DNA of 40,682 bases from positions 1 to 40,682 of the IMG/VR virus record IMGVR_UViG_3300037467_000275; one strand, written 5' to 3'. The stretch's first letter is position 1. Each line of letters opens with the position of its first letter. Of the stretch, positions 25,082 through 33,536 are shown in pieces. This DNA comes from a virus. Taxonomy: Duplodnaviria > Caudoviricetes. The translations under genes were made by a program, and so were the position numbers. The notes below the pieces were generated by a model. That model saw nothing but the letters and a program-made list of their open reading frames with translations, made no database searches and was not told where the DNA came from.

Positions 25082-25380
25082 AGACGACGACGCGCAGCCG
25101 CCGACTCGGGAACCTCTTCACCCGCATGTACGGGCTCGGCCTCATCAGCGGGTCATCACACTCCTACGGCGGCACCGACGGCGAGAGCCACACCGCCTAC
25201 TGGAGCGGCAAGCGTCCATACATCCTCGGTCTCCAGCGCGGTCAGTGGGCATGCCTCATCAAGCGGCGACACATCGCCAAGCCAGAAGAGCGCTACGGGA
25301 CGATGTGCGGCCGGTGCATGCCCTGCCCGTCATGCGGCGAAACCACCTGGGACCACTACTGCCCGGAGCGTGCGTCATGA
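25078..25380 (+). CDS. Hypothetical Cys-rich protein
   Basis: GGAGG RBS; CGRCMPCPSC...HYC. Confidence 0.55.
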   Translation: MKTTTRSRRLGNLFTRMYGLGLISGSSHSYGGTDGESHTAYWSGKRPYILGLQRGQWACLIKRRHIAKPEERYGTMCGRCMPCPSCGETTWDHYCPERAS

Positions 25381-25520
25381 GCCGCAGCTTCGATTTGTAT
25401 GCAGCCGAGAGACGCGCCGGGCACGTCGTGTTCATCGCCGGACTCTGGCTCATCCGCGCCTACATCCTCACCAAATACCGGGCAGGCGACGCACGCCGGA
25501 TCATCCGAGGCGCCCGATGA
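25377..25520 (+). CDS. Small hypothetical protein
   Basis: ATGA-coupled; one hydrophobic stretch. Confidence 0.45.
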   Translation: MSRSFDLYAAERRAGHVVFIAGLWLIRAYILTKYRAGDARRIIRGAR

Positions 25521-25708
25521 GCGCCACTGACGAGAACTGGCTCCGGCGTGAGTTTGCGCGAGCACGAGCGCGATCAGCGCAACTTCCGAACTTCGCGAGA
25601 CCCGTGGTTGTCCGTGCCGCACGCAGTCAGAAGGGCCACGACGACTCGTGCGAGTTCCACGCCTACGGAACTTGCGACTGCGCAGCACGCGCCGAGGTGA
25701 CCCGGTGA
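25517..25708 (+). CDS. Hypothetical protein
   Basis: ATGA-coupled; HDDSC...CDC. Confidence 0.5.
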   Translation: MSATDENWLRREFARARARSAQLPNFARPVVVRAARSQKGHDDSCEFHAYGTCDCAARAEVTR

Positions 25709-26127
25709 GCACCCAGCCAGAGTGGCGGCAGGTCGAGCGGATCGTCTCTGCCGCAAGCGAATCGCAGAGTGGCTGCTGGGTCGTGTCCACCTGGCTGAAT
25801 CGCCAAGGGTACGGCCTCGCCCGGTTCCGTGGCGCTCGGATGATGGCACATCGGGCCACGTACACCTACTTCCGGGCGGACATCCCCGAGGGCCTCGAGC
25901 TCGATCACTTGTGCCGCACCCGCGCATGCATCAACCCGTGGCACCTCGAGCCCGTCACGCGGCGCGAGAACGCCCTTCGGTCTGAGCCGGCGTCGCGACC
26001 CAAATGCATCCAGGGCCACCCGCTGAGCGGAGAGAACCTCTGGATTCGCCCGAACGGGTGGCGCGTCTGCCGAACCTGTCAGCGCAAGTCTCGCCGCGAG
26101 TCGGCAGCAAGGAGGGCAGCCGCATGA
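25705..26127 (+). CDS. HNH endonuclease
   Basis: CW...GYG...AHRATY...LDHLCRTRACINPWHLEPVTRREN plus CIQGH...CRTC. Confidence 0.9.
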   Translation: MSTQPEWRQVERIVSAASESQSGCWVVSTWLNRQGYGLARFRGARMMAHRATYTYFRADIPEGLELDHLCRTRACINPWHLEPVTRRENALRSEPASRPKCIQGHPLSGENLWIRPNGWRVCRTCQRKSRRESAARRAAA

Positions 26128-26234
26128 TCGGGCGCCCCATCGGTGAAACACATGGAGAGCAGTGCGATTCGGACGATCCGTACTGGTGGTGCGATTCCTG
26201 CCGCCACAACCTCCGCTGCGACGAGGAGGACTGA
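26124..26234 (+). CDS. Small Cys-rich protein
   Basis: GGAGG RBS, coupled to neighbours. Confidence 0.45.
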   Translation: MIGRPIGETHGEQCDSDDPYWWCDSCRHNLRCDEED

Positions 26235-26368
26235 TGACCGGCCACGAACTCATGGACTTCGGCGCGCTCCTCTGTGGAATCGCCACCATCACAGGCTCAC
26301 TCGTCATCTGCGCCATCTTCGGCCTCTACCAACTCGACGACTCGCTCAGGAGGGACGACGACCAATGA
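26234..26368 (+). CDS. Small membrane protein
   Basis: GAGGAGG RBS; single TM. Confidence 0.55.
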   Translation: MTGHELMDFGALLCGIATITGSLVICAIFGLYQLDDSLRRDDDQ

Positions 26369-27042
26369 GCCAGCCCAAGCTCCTAGACCTGTTCTGCGGT
26401 GCAGGCGGCACTGGCATGGGCCTTCACCGCGCTGGCTTCGACATCGTGGGGGTCGACAAGGAAGCGCACCCCGAATACCCGTTCCCGATGTTCGTCGCCG
26501 ACGCGCTCACATTCATCGACGACGGGTGGATGGAGGCGGGCAACTTCGACGCCGTAGCTGCCGGGCCACCATGCCCGCGCTACTCAGTCGCCACGCCGGA
26601 ACATGCCCGCGACAACCACCCCGATCTCGTGCAGCCCGTGCGGGAACGCCTCATCGCATCCGGACTCCCCTACATCATCGAGAACGTCCCCGGCGCGCCG
26701 CTGATCGATCCGATCCTCCTGTGCGGCTCAATGTTCGGCCTCGGGGTCCGCCGGCACCGCCTGTTCGAGTCGAACATTCCGCTCGAGCAGCCGACCTGCC
26801 GACACAGCCAGCAGCAGCAGGTGTGGGGCGTCTACGGGCAGCACGGCGACCTCCGCGGCCCAGTGCCACGCCCAAACGGGACGAGTCGCGGCGGCAAGGC
26901 GAGGGATGCAGCTCACGCACGCGAAGTCATGGGCATCGACTGGATGACCCAGTGGGCCGACCTCGCCGACGCAATCCCACCGTCTTTCACGGAGTTCATC
27001 GGCCGACAGCTCATCGCGCATATCGAGGAGAAGGCCGCATGA
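26365..27042 (+). CDS. C5-cytosine DNA methyltransferase (compact)
   Basis: DLFCGAGG (motif I), GPPC (IV), ENV (VI), R.HRLF (VIII), AIPP (X). Confidence 0.88.
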   Translation: MSQPKLLDLFCGAGGTGMGLHRAGFDIVGVDKEAHPEYPFPMFVADALTFIDDGWMEAGNFDAVAAGPPCPRYSVATPEHARDNHPDLVQPVRERLIASGLPYIIENVPGAPLIDPILLCGSMFGLGVRRHRLFESNIPLEQPTCRHSQQQQVWGVYGQHGDLRGPVPRPNGTSRGGKARDAAHAREVMGIDWMTQWADLADAIPPSFTEFIGRQLIAHIEEKAA

Positions 27043-27290
27043 ACCTCACCGTCGGCACCTTGACCGGCGCCCACCATGGCCTGCGAGCCCGAGTGACCCT
27101 CTCCCTCAGCGAGATTCGCGAAGGCATCCTCTCGTTCGCCGCGAACCCTTCCTACCGCCGACACGTCCGCCACTGGTGGCTCATCGTCCCGTCGGCATTG
27201 CCGCACTTCAAGCACGACGCCCTCAGCCTCCAATGGTCCGGGGATGCCGCCGTGGAAACCCTCGCTTCGGAAGGCATGACTGATGACTGA
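27039..27290 (+). CDS. Hypothetical protein
   Basis: GAGGAG RBS, ATGA overlap. Confidence 0.55.
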   Translation: MNLTVGTLTGAHHGLRARVTLSLSEIREGILSFAANPSYRRHVRHWWLIVPSALPHFKHDALSLQWSGDAAVETLASEGMTDD

Positions 27291-27420
27291 CCCGAACCCG
27301 GCCCAGCGCCGCGACTGGTGGTCCAACAACTACGAGTGCGTCATGCCGGCCGATCCCGACGAGCGCGCCGCCTACGAGGCGCAGCTCGCCGACGAAGCGG
27401 AGAACGGGCCAGCCGCATGA
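27283..27420 (+). CDS. Small hypothetical protein
   Basis: MTDPNPAQRRDWWSNNYEC...; overlaps the upstream stop. Confidence 0.5.
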   Translation: MTDPNPAQRRDWWSNNYECVMPADPDERAAYEAQLADEAENGPAA

Positions 27421-27490
27421 ACCCGCCACTGTGGCCGACTCCGAAACCGACCCGCTGCCCCTGCAACACCTGCACCGAAAGGCGCAACAC

Positions 27491-27763
27491 ATGACCACCG
27501 ACACCGACCAGCGACCCCGCGCCGCATGCGCCGACAAGGTCGACGACTGGCTGTGGACTGAACACCGACCGTCCGAGGAGCCCATCGCACTCGCCGAAGC
27601 CAAGCCGATCTGCGGCGGCTGTGCCGTGCGCGAACGCTGCCTGGAGTACGCCCTCGCCGACCTGAGCCTCGTCGGCATTTGGTCGGCGACCACACTCGCC
27701 GAGCGTCGACGCATCGTCCGCAACCGAGCCCGCAAGTCACGCGCCCAGGAGGCGACCGCATGA
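27491..27763 (+). CDS. whiB: WhiB-family transcription factor
   Basis: AAC...AKPICGGCAVRERCLEYAL...GIWSATTLAERR (4 Cys; GVWGG variant). Confidence 0.9.
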   Translation: MTTDTDQRPRAACADKVDDWLWTEHRPSEEPIALAEAKPICGGCAVRERCLEYALADLSLVGIWSATTLAERRRIVRNRARKSRAQEATA

Positions 27764-28515
27764 CCCTCAAGTTCAACGAAGCCGCCCACCGTTACTGGCT
27801 CGACGGCAAGGCCATCCCTGGAGTCACAACGCTTCTCGGCAAGGGACTGCCCAAGCCGGCACTCCCCCGCTGGGCCGCGAAGTCCGCCGCGGAGTACGTC
27901 GCCGACAACCTCGAAGTCCTCAACGCGCTGCCCGATCGCGAGTCGATCATCGCCACCGTCAAGCAGTCGCCATGGACGGCGCGTGACCGGGCCGCTGTGC
28001 GCGGCACCGACGTCCACGCGCTCGCCGAGGAGCTGATCCACGGTCGCGACGTCGACGTCCCCGAGCACCTCGCTGGATACGTCAACGGCTACGTCCGGTT
28101 CCTCGACGAATGGCAGCCCACGCCGATCATGACCGAGCGTCCGGTGGCGAACCGGAAGTGGTGGTACGCCGGCAAGCCCGACGCGATCGTGGCCCTGCCG
28201 TCGGGCGAGCGGCTGCTCCTCGACTGGAAAACGTCGAAGGGCGTTTACGGCGAGACCGCGCTCCAGACCGCCGCCTACCGAGGCGCCGAGTTCTATGCCG
28301 ACGAAGACGGCAACGAGCAGCCCATGCCCGAGGTCGACGGCCTCGCAGTCGTACACATCACCGAGCACGCCACCGAGGTCTACCGGTTCACAGACGCCGA
28401 CGCCGCGTGGAAGGACTGGCTCCACGTCCTCTGGGTGGCCCGCGCCGAAGACCGCATCCGGTCCCAGATCACTTCTCCCGCAACCGCTCCGACAGCCGAG
28501 GACATCGCATCATGA
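27760..28515 (+). CDS. PD-(D/E)XK exonuclease (RecE/Cas4-like)
   Basis: HRY.LDG..IPGVTT, RGTDVH, YAGKPD, DWKT, LQTAAY. Confidence 0.85.
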   Translation: MTLKFNEAAHRYWLDGKAIPGVTTLLGKGLPKPALPRWAAKSAAEYVADNLEVLNALPDRESIIATVKQSPWTARDRAAVRGTDVHALAEELIHGRDVDVPEHLAGYVNGYVRFLDEWQPTPIMTERPVANRKWWYAGKPDAIVALPSGERLLLDWKTSKGVYGETALQTAAYRGAEFYADEDGNEQPMPEVDGLAVVHITEHATEVYRFTDADAAWKDWLHVLWVARAEDRIRSQITSPATAPTAEDIAS

Positions 28516-29396
28516 CCGAACTAACTCACTACCAGGCGCCCATGAGTGCCACCGGCAACGGCCTCGTCCAGTGGGGCGAAGCGCTCACCGCGGCGCACCG
28601 CATCGGGTCCGCGCTCTGCTCCACCGCGTTCGCCCCAGCACACTTCCGCGGCAAGCCTGAGGAGGCCGCGGCCGCGATCCTCTACGGCGCCGAGCTCGGC
28701 TTCTCACCCACGCAGGCCCTCCGGTCCATCTTCATCATCGGCGGGTCGCCCGGCCTCTACGCGAAGCAGATGGTTGCACTCGTCCTCACCCATGGGCACG
28801 AGGTGTGGACCGAGGAGAAGGCCGACGCCAAGGTCACCGTTAAGGGCAAGCGCGCCGGGTCGTCCCACGTCATAACCGAGACGTGGACGACCGCCCGCGC
28901 ACAGAAGGCCGGTTACACGAAGAACCCGAAGTACGGCACCGACCCGCAGGCCATGCTGTACGCCCGCGCCGCCGCCGACGTGTGCCGCCAGGTCGCGCCA
29001 GACGCCCTCGCCGGCCTCGCCACCTCAGTCGAGGAGCTGGAGTATGAGCAGCCTCTCCCGACCGTGCGTGTCAGCCGCGCCAAGCCCGAGCCGGCGCCGA
29101 TCCCCGAGCCGGACCTCGAGCAGATCGAGGCGCCGCGGTCGACGCCCGAGCCCGACCTCGAGCCGACCGTCGACGCCGAAGAGGTCACCGACGAACCCAA
29201 GCTGACTGCACGCCAGCGCGGCAAACTGTTCGCCCTGTTCGGCCAGAAGGGAATCCCCGAGCACGAGCAGATCCCCGGCATCGCACACATCGTCGGCCGG
29301 CCCGTGGAGCACCGCGACGCGCTCACGTCGGACGAGTTCGACAAGGTGATCGCCGCCCTCGAGTCACGCCCCGACGCCGTCGAGGTGGAGTCGTGA
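28512..29396 (+). CDS. RecT-like single-strand annealing protein
   Basis: P.HFRGKPE..AAIL.GAELG..P.QAL..I..I.G.P...WT..RA..AG...P.AML.ARA; follows the exonuclease. Confidence 0.8.
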   Translation: MTELTHYQAPMSATGNGLVQWGEALTAAHRIGSALCSTAFAPAHFRGKPEEAAAAILYGAELGFSPTQALRSIFIIGGSPGLYAKQMVALVLTHGHEVWTEEKADAKVTVKGKRAGSSHVITETWTTARAQKAGYTKNPKYGTDPQAMLYARAAADVCRQVAPDALAGLATSVEELEYEQPLPTVRVSRAKPEPAPIPEPDLEQIEAPRSTPEPDLEPTVDAEEVTDEPKLTARQRGKLFALFGQKGIPEHEQIPGIAHIVGRPVEHRDALTSDEFDKVIAALESRPDAVEVES

Positions 29397-29593
29397 GGCC
29401 CGAGTCGATCCCCGCCCAATGCGTCACCGGCAAACGCAAGTTCGCCACCGAACGCGACGCACGCATCGAACTCGTCGGCGCCTGCGTGGACCGCAACCGG
29501 GGCCGCAACCACCGCAAAGAGATCCGGGTCTACGCCTGCCACATCTGCGGCCAGTTCCACCTGACCAGTTCGCCACTCAGGAGCGACGCGTGA
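29393..29593 (+). CDS. Small zinc-finger protein
   Basis: C.TGKRKF.TE...RVYAC.ICG.FHLTS. Confidence 0.7.
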   Translation: MRPESIPAQCVTGKRKFATERDARIELVGACVDRNRGRNHRKEIRVYACHICGQFHLTSSPLRSDA

Positions 29594-29825
29594 CCGACAC
29601 CCCCTGGCACTGCGGAGACGGATGCCCGCTTCGCGGCTGCACCGACTGTGTGTTCCGTGGCGGTGATTCCGTTGCGCCGCAACAGGATTCGTGCTCAGAG
29701 TGGGCGAGTTTCGGCGGGTCTGTGGCGTATGATGGGGGTAGCAAAACGGCCCCCGGATCGCGTCAACGAATCCGAGGGCCTCGCCCCACCGAAGCCGCTA
29801 AGCCTGACGGAAGGACGTGCATCAC

Positions 29826-30275
29826 ATGATGCCACAGACACCCACCCCCGATACACCCAGCGAGCGCATGGCGCGCTACGGCGAAGCCATCTGGACCGCC
29901 TCTCGCGACGACGAGGGCACCATCTCGGCCACCGGCGCAAACATCGTTGCCCGTGCCGCGATGGCCGTGGCTGACGCCGAGGTGACCGCCATGGCTCGCA
30001 AGGCGGCTCGCCGGATCGTGGATGAGCGACGCGAACTGGCGCGCTACAAGCGGGGCGGCAAGACGCTCGGCGAGATCATTGAGTGGCAGTGCCGCGCAGT
30101 CCTCGACGCCTCCGGGATGCACCACCTGATCAATGAGGATGGTGACGGCGACTGGGGGCTCGTCTGGGAGCGCCTCGCAGAACTGCGTCCACGCCTAGAG
30201 GCCGCCGAGGTCAAACTGGCGCGAGTCGAGGCGCTGGCTATGGAGTGTGAGCGTCGCGCTAAGGGCGCGGACTGA
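29826..30275 (+). CDS. Hypothetical protein (MAVADAE family)
   Basis: GAAGGA RBS; preceded by -10 TATGAT and a GC hairpin. Confidence 0.65.
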   Translation: MMPQTPTPDTPSERMARYGEAIWTASRDDEGTISATGANIVARAAMAVADAEVTAMARKAARRIVDERRELARYKRGGKTLGEIIEWQCRAVLDASGMHHLINEDGDGDWGLVWERLAELRPRLEAAEVKLARVEALAMECERRAKGAD

Positions 30276-30346
30276 ATGCGCCGGCCATCGTCAAATCGAT
30301 GGGCGGCCGAAGCCGTCCGAATCCGCGTCGCGCTGGACGGTCCCGC

Positions 30347-30994
30347 ATGAGTCTCTACTATTCCGACGAGTCGGTGACGCTCTACCATGGCGACTGCCGC
30401 GACGAGGTCGCATGGCTGGCCGCCGACATCCTCGTCACTGACCCGCCCTATGGGATCCGGTGGTCGAACCACTCGGCCTACAACGGTGGCACGGCTGGGA
30501 AGTCGATCGCTGGCGACGTCGACACGTCGTGCCGAGACGCGGCGCTGTCCGCATGGGGCGATCGCCCTGGCATCGTCTTCGGCTCATGGGCTGCGCCGTT
30601 CCCCGAACATCGACAGGCCCTCGTGTGGCGCAAGCCGTCGGACTCCGGTGTCATCGGCAGCACGACTGGATACCGCCGCGACACGGAGTTGATCTTCCTC
30701 ACCGGCTCATGGCCCAAGCGATCCGCCGCGCGCTCATCCGTGCTGACCACCGACGCGGGCATGGGCTCATACCTGAACGGTCACCCACACGCCAAGCCGA
30801 CATCGCTGCTCCTCCGGCTCCTTGAGTGGACCGAAGGCAAGGTGGCCGACCCGTTCGCCGGCAGCGGATCGACCCTTGTCGCGGCCAAGCAGCTCGGACG
30901 CAAGGCCATTGGCGTCGAGCTTGAGGAGCGCTACTGCGAGGTCATAGCCAAGCGTCTCGCGCAGGGCGTCCTCGACTTTGGCGAGGCGGGCTGA
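30347..30994 (+). CDS. N4-cytosine/N6-adenine DNA methyltransferase (beta class)
   Basis: LYHGDC, TDPPYG, HP.AKP, DPFAGSGSTL, GVELEE.YC. Confidence 0.92.
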   Translation: MSLYYSDESVTLYHGDCRDEVAWLAADILVTDPPYGIRWSNHSAYNGGTAGKSIAGDVDTSCRDAALSAWGDRPGIVFGSWAAPFPEHRQALVWRKPSDSGVIGSTTGYRRDTELIFLTGSWPKRSAARSSVLTTDAGMGSYLNGHPHAKPTSLLLRLLEWTEGKVADPFAGSGSTLVAAKQLGRKAIGVELEERYCEVIAKRLAQGVLDFGEAG

Positions 30995-30995
30995 C

Positions 30996-31370
30996 GTGCC
31001 TTGGTTCAAGGTCGACGACACCATGCACAGCCACCCCAAGGCGCGGCGAGCCAGCCTCGCAGCGGTGGGCCTCTGGACACTCTGCGGCACTCACAGCATG
31101 GCCTACAAGCTCGACGGTTTCGTGCCGGACTGGGTCGTGGGCGATTACCCGAGTGGCAAGCGTCTCGCCGCCGAACTCGTGCGAGTCGGCCTGTGGGCCA
31201 ATGCCATCCGCACCGACGAGGCTGGCGATGAGCCGGGCTACCAGTTCCACGACTGGCTGCACTACCAGCAGTCGGCCGAGGAGATCGAACGCGACCGCCA
31301 GCACAACCGTGAGCGGCAACGCAACTTCCGCAAGAAGCTCCGCGAGGGCAAGCCGAAGGAGAGTGGGTAA
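30996..31370 (+). CDS. Replication initiator-like (RepA N-terminal wHTH) protein
   Basis: MPWFKVDD..HSHPK...AVGLW...DGFVP...LV.VGLW...YQFHDW..YQ. Confidence 0.75.
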   Translation: MPWFKVDDTMHSHPKARRASLAAVGLWTLCGTHSMAYKLDGFVPDWVVGDYPSGKRLAAELVRVGLWANAIRTDEAGDEPGYQFHDWLHYQQSAEEIERDRQHNRERQRNFRKKLREGKPKESG

Positions 31371-31450
31371 CGGTGTCTGTAACGCGTTACGTAACGGGTG
31401 AGTCACGGCGTGAGTCACGAGACCCGTACCGAACCGATCCGAACCTGACC
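31367..31450. repeat. Iteron-like repeats, candidate origin
   Basis: GTAACG x3 including palindrome GTAACGCGTTAC; GTGAGTCACG x2; CCGAACC x2. Confidence 0.5.
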
Positions 31451-31524
31451 GGCCCTACCGCTTTCTTGTGGCTGAGTTCCCCATCATGGCGTTCAGTTAC
31501 GTACCGCGCGAGCGGGGCGACGCC

Positions 31525-31989
31525 ATGATGCACATCGACCACACCCAAGCCACAGCCCTCGCAGCGTTCGTCGGACGCATCCGGCCCGACTGGGACCACC
31601 CCGGCATCGTCGCCGCCATCGGCAAAGCCCGCAGCCTCGGATCGGCCGCCGCAGTCGGCGCCGCGCTGTGCCGCCTCGCCGAGAACCTCGAACTGCGCAC
31701 CCCGGCCATGCTCGCCGAACCCGGCAACCACTGGGGCGGCACGTCGGTCGCGTCACGCCAAGCGCCGAGCATGTGCCCAGACCACCCGACCGAGAAGGCC
31801 GGCGCGTGCCTCGTCACGGGCCCTTGCTCGCACGAAGTCGTCACCGACACGAACCGCGCGCACGAGCTCGCCGCACAGGTCAAGGCCGCGATCCCGCGCC
31901 GGCAGACCATCCACAAACACCCCGCCCCGCCCGCGACCGACGTGCGCGAGGCCAGGAACCGCATCGACGCCGAGGAGGCGACCCAGTGA
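31525..31989 (+). CDS. Hypothetical replication-region protein
   Basis: ALAAFVGRIRPDWDHPGI...RTP...CPDH; commonly follows RepA-like genes. Confidence 0.65.
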   Translation: MMHIDHTQATALAAFVGRIRPDWDHPGIVAAIGKARSLGSAAAVGAALCRLAENLELRTPAMLAEPGNHWGGTSVASRQAPSMCPDHPTEKAGACLVTGPCSHEVVTDTNRAHELAAQVKAAIPRRQTIHKHPAPPATDVREARNRIDAEEATQ

Positions 31990-32192
31990 GTGAACCAACC
32001 CTGACTGTCGGCATCGACAAAGACGAGTGGTACCCCGTCTACTCGATCGTTTCGGCAGACGCCACCTATGCAACGCGCTGCGAGATCCCGGCCGACCTCG
32101 TGGTGCGAGCGGAACAAGCTCTCAGCGAGTTCGGCAAGGTGCAGAACGAGATCGAACGCCACCTTTTCCGTGACGGGGAGGCGCAGCGATGA
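31986..32192 (+). CDS. Hypothetical protein
   Basis: GGAGG RBS, GTGA overlap. Confidence 0.6.
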   Translation: MSEPTLTVGIDKDEWYPVYSIVSADATYATRCEIPADLVVRAEQALSEFGKVQNEIERHLFRDGEAQR

Positions 32193-33028
32193 CCTGCATC
32201 CGCAAGCCCGGAAGCGTCTGGACCTCATGCCGCTGCGACCGCTGCCTACCCGTTCGCAGCCGCATGGCAAAACTCCACCGCAACAACCGGCTCCCCGTCG
32301 ACAGCCGCGACAAAGCATGGCGGCGCATCGTCCAGTGGGAAGCGGCCGGCTACACCGGGGGCGTCATTGCCGGCATGACGGGGCTCGCCGACCGGACAGT
32401 CCAGCCGATGCTCTACGCGGCTCGTGACGGCTCGCGCATCCGCATCACCCACGCCACCGCCGCCAAGATCCTCGCCGCGCCCGCCCAGCCCGTCGACGGC
32501 TCCGGCTGGATACCGTCGCTCGGCACAGTTCGCCGCCTCCGAGCGCTGACCGTGATGGGCTGGTCGATGCGTGACCTGTCTGAGCGGTGCGAGCTGCAAG
32601 AGTCCACTCTGGCCGCGCTGCGCAACCCGGTTCACAAGATGACCCGCCCGAAGTTCGCGGCTATCGTCGCGGGCCTTTACAGCGAACTGTCCGGCACGCA
32701 CGGGCCGGGGCGTCACGCGGCGACTCGGGCGCGTAACCGCGGGTGGCTTCCACCGGCGGCCTGGGACGACGACTCGATCGACGACCCGAACACTGAACCG
32801 GCCGTGACGAAGCAGGCGACCGCGAACCGTGGCCGGCCTGTCGAGCACGTCATCGAGGACATCGAGTGGATTCTCGAGCACGACCCGCTCATCACGTCGA
32901 CCGAGCTCGCGCAGCGTCTCGGGTATGCGACGAAGTCTGCGATCCAGCACGCGCTCGAGCCTGGCCGCGGGAACCGGCCTGACCTGCTCGCGCGCCTCGC
33001 ACGCAACGCGGAGGTGAAGGCCGCATGA
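32189..33028 (+). CDS. Multi-HTH DNA-binding protein
   Basis: CRCDRC; RRLRAL..MGWS...; GW.PPAAWDDD.IDDP; C-terminal HTH. Confidence 0.75.
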   Translation: MTCIRKPGSVWTSCRCDRCLPVRSRMAKLHRNNRLPVDSRDKAWRRIVQWEAAGYTGGVIAGMTGLADRTVQPMLYAARDGSRIRITHATAAKILAAPAQPVDGSGWIPSLGTVRRLRALTVMGWSMRDLSERCELQESTLAALRNPVHKMTRPKFAAIVAGLYSELSGTHGPGRHAATRARNRGWLPPAAWDDDSIDDPNTEPAVTKQATANRGRPVEHVIEDIEWILEHDPLITSTELAQRLGYATKSAIQHALEPGRGNRPDLLARLARNAEVKAA

Positions 33029-33363
33029 GCTCGTATTCACAGGGCCGTGACGTCGAGTACGCCGTCATCGACGACCTCAAGGGCAACGGCTACGACACTG
33101 TCCGCGCGGCCAGCAGTAAGGGCCTTGCCGACGTTGTGGCCATCAAGCCCGGCCAAGTCCTGATGGTCAACGTCAAGAGGACCACGCCGCCCGGACCTGC
33201 CGAGCGTGCCGACCTGCTCAGGGTCGCCGGCTACCTGCCCGGTGTGGGTGTGCCGCTCGTCGCGCTCGGTCCGGCGTCCAGGGTCACGTACCGGCGCCTG
33301 ACGGGTGTGGGCGCGAAGGACTGGGTGTCGTGGACGCCCGACGAGATCGGAGACGCCGCATGA
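33025..33363 (+). CDS. Hjc-type Holliday junction resolvase
   Basis: G...E..V...L...GY..VRAASSKG.ADVVAIK....MVNVK. Confidence 0.75.
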   Translation: MSSYSQGRDVEYAVIDDLKGNGYDTVRAASSKGLADVVAIKPGQVLMVNVKRTTPPGPAERADLLRVAGYLPGVGVPLVALGPASRVTYRRLTGVGAKDWVSWTPDEIGDAA

Positions 33364-33536
33364 GCGACCAGATCCGTGAAGGCGACATCGTCCACGTCAC
33401 CATCGACGGCGTCACCCACGAAGCCATCGCAGACGGCGGACCCGAGAACGGCGAAATCTGGGTCAGGTTCACGACCCGCGGCCGTGAGCAACCCATCCCA
33501 GCGAAGTACGTGACGAAGGCGAGCAACGCATGGTGA
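33360..33536 (+). CDS. Small SH3-like hypothetical protein
   Basis: IREGDIVHV...IWVRF...IPAKYV. Confidence 0.55.
   Translation: MSDQIREGDIVHVTIDGVTHEAIADGGPENGEIWVRFTTRGREQPIPAKYVTKASNAW

Noticed and set aside
27760-28515. CRISPR-associated Cas4
   Set aside because: No array or other cas genes; pairing with a RecT-like gene indicates recombination.
31340-31372. Programmed frameshift in the replication initiator
   Set aside because: No XXXYYYZ slippery heptamer before the stop.
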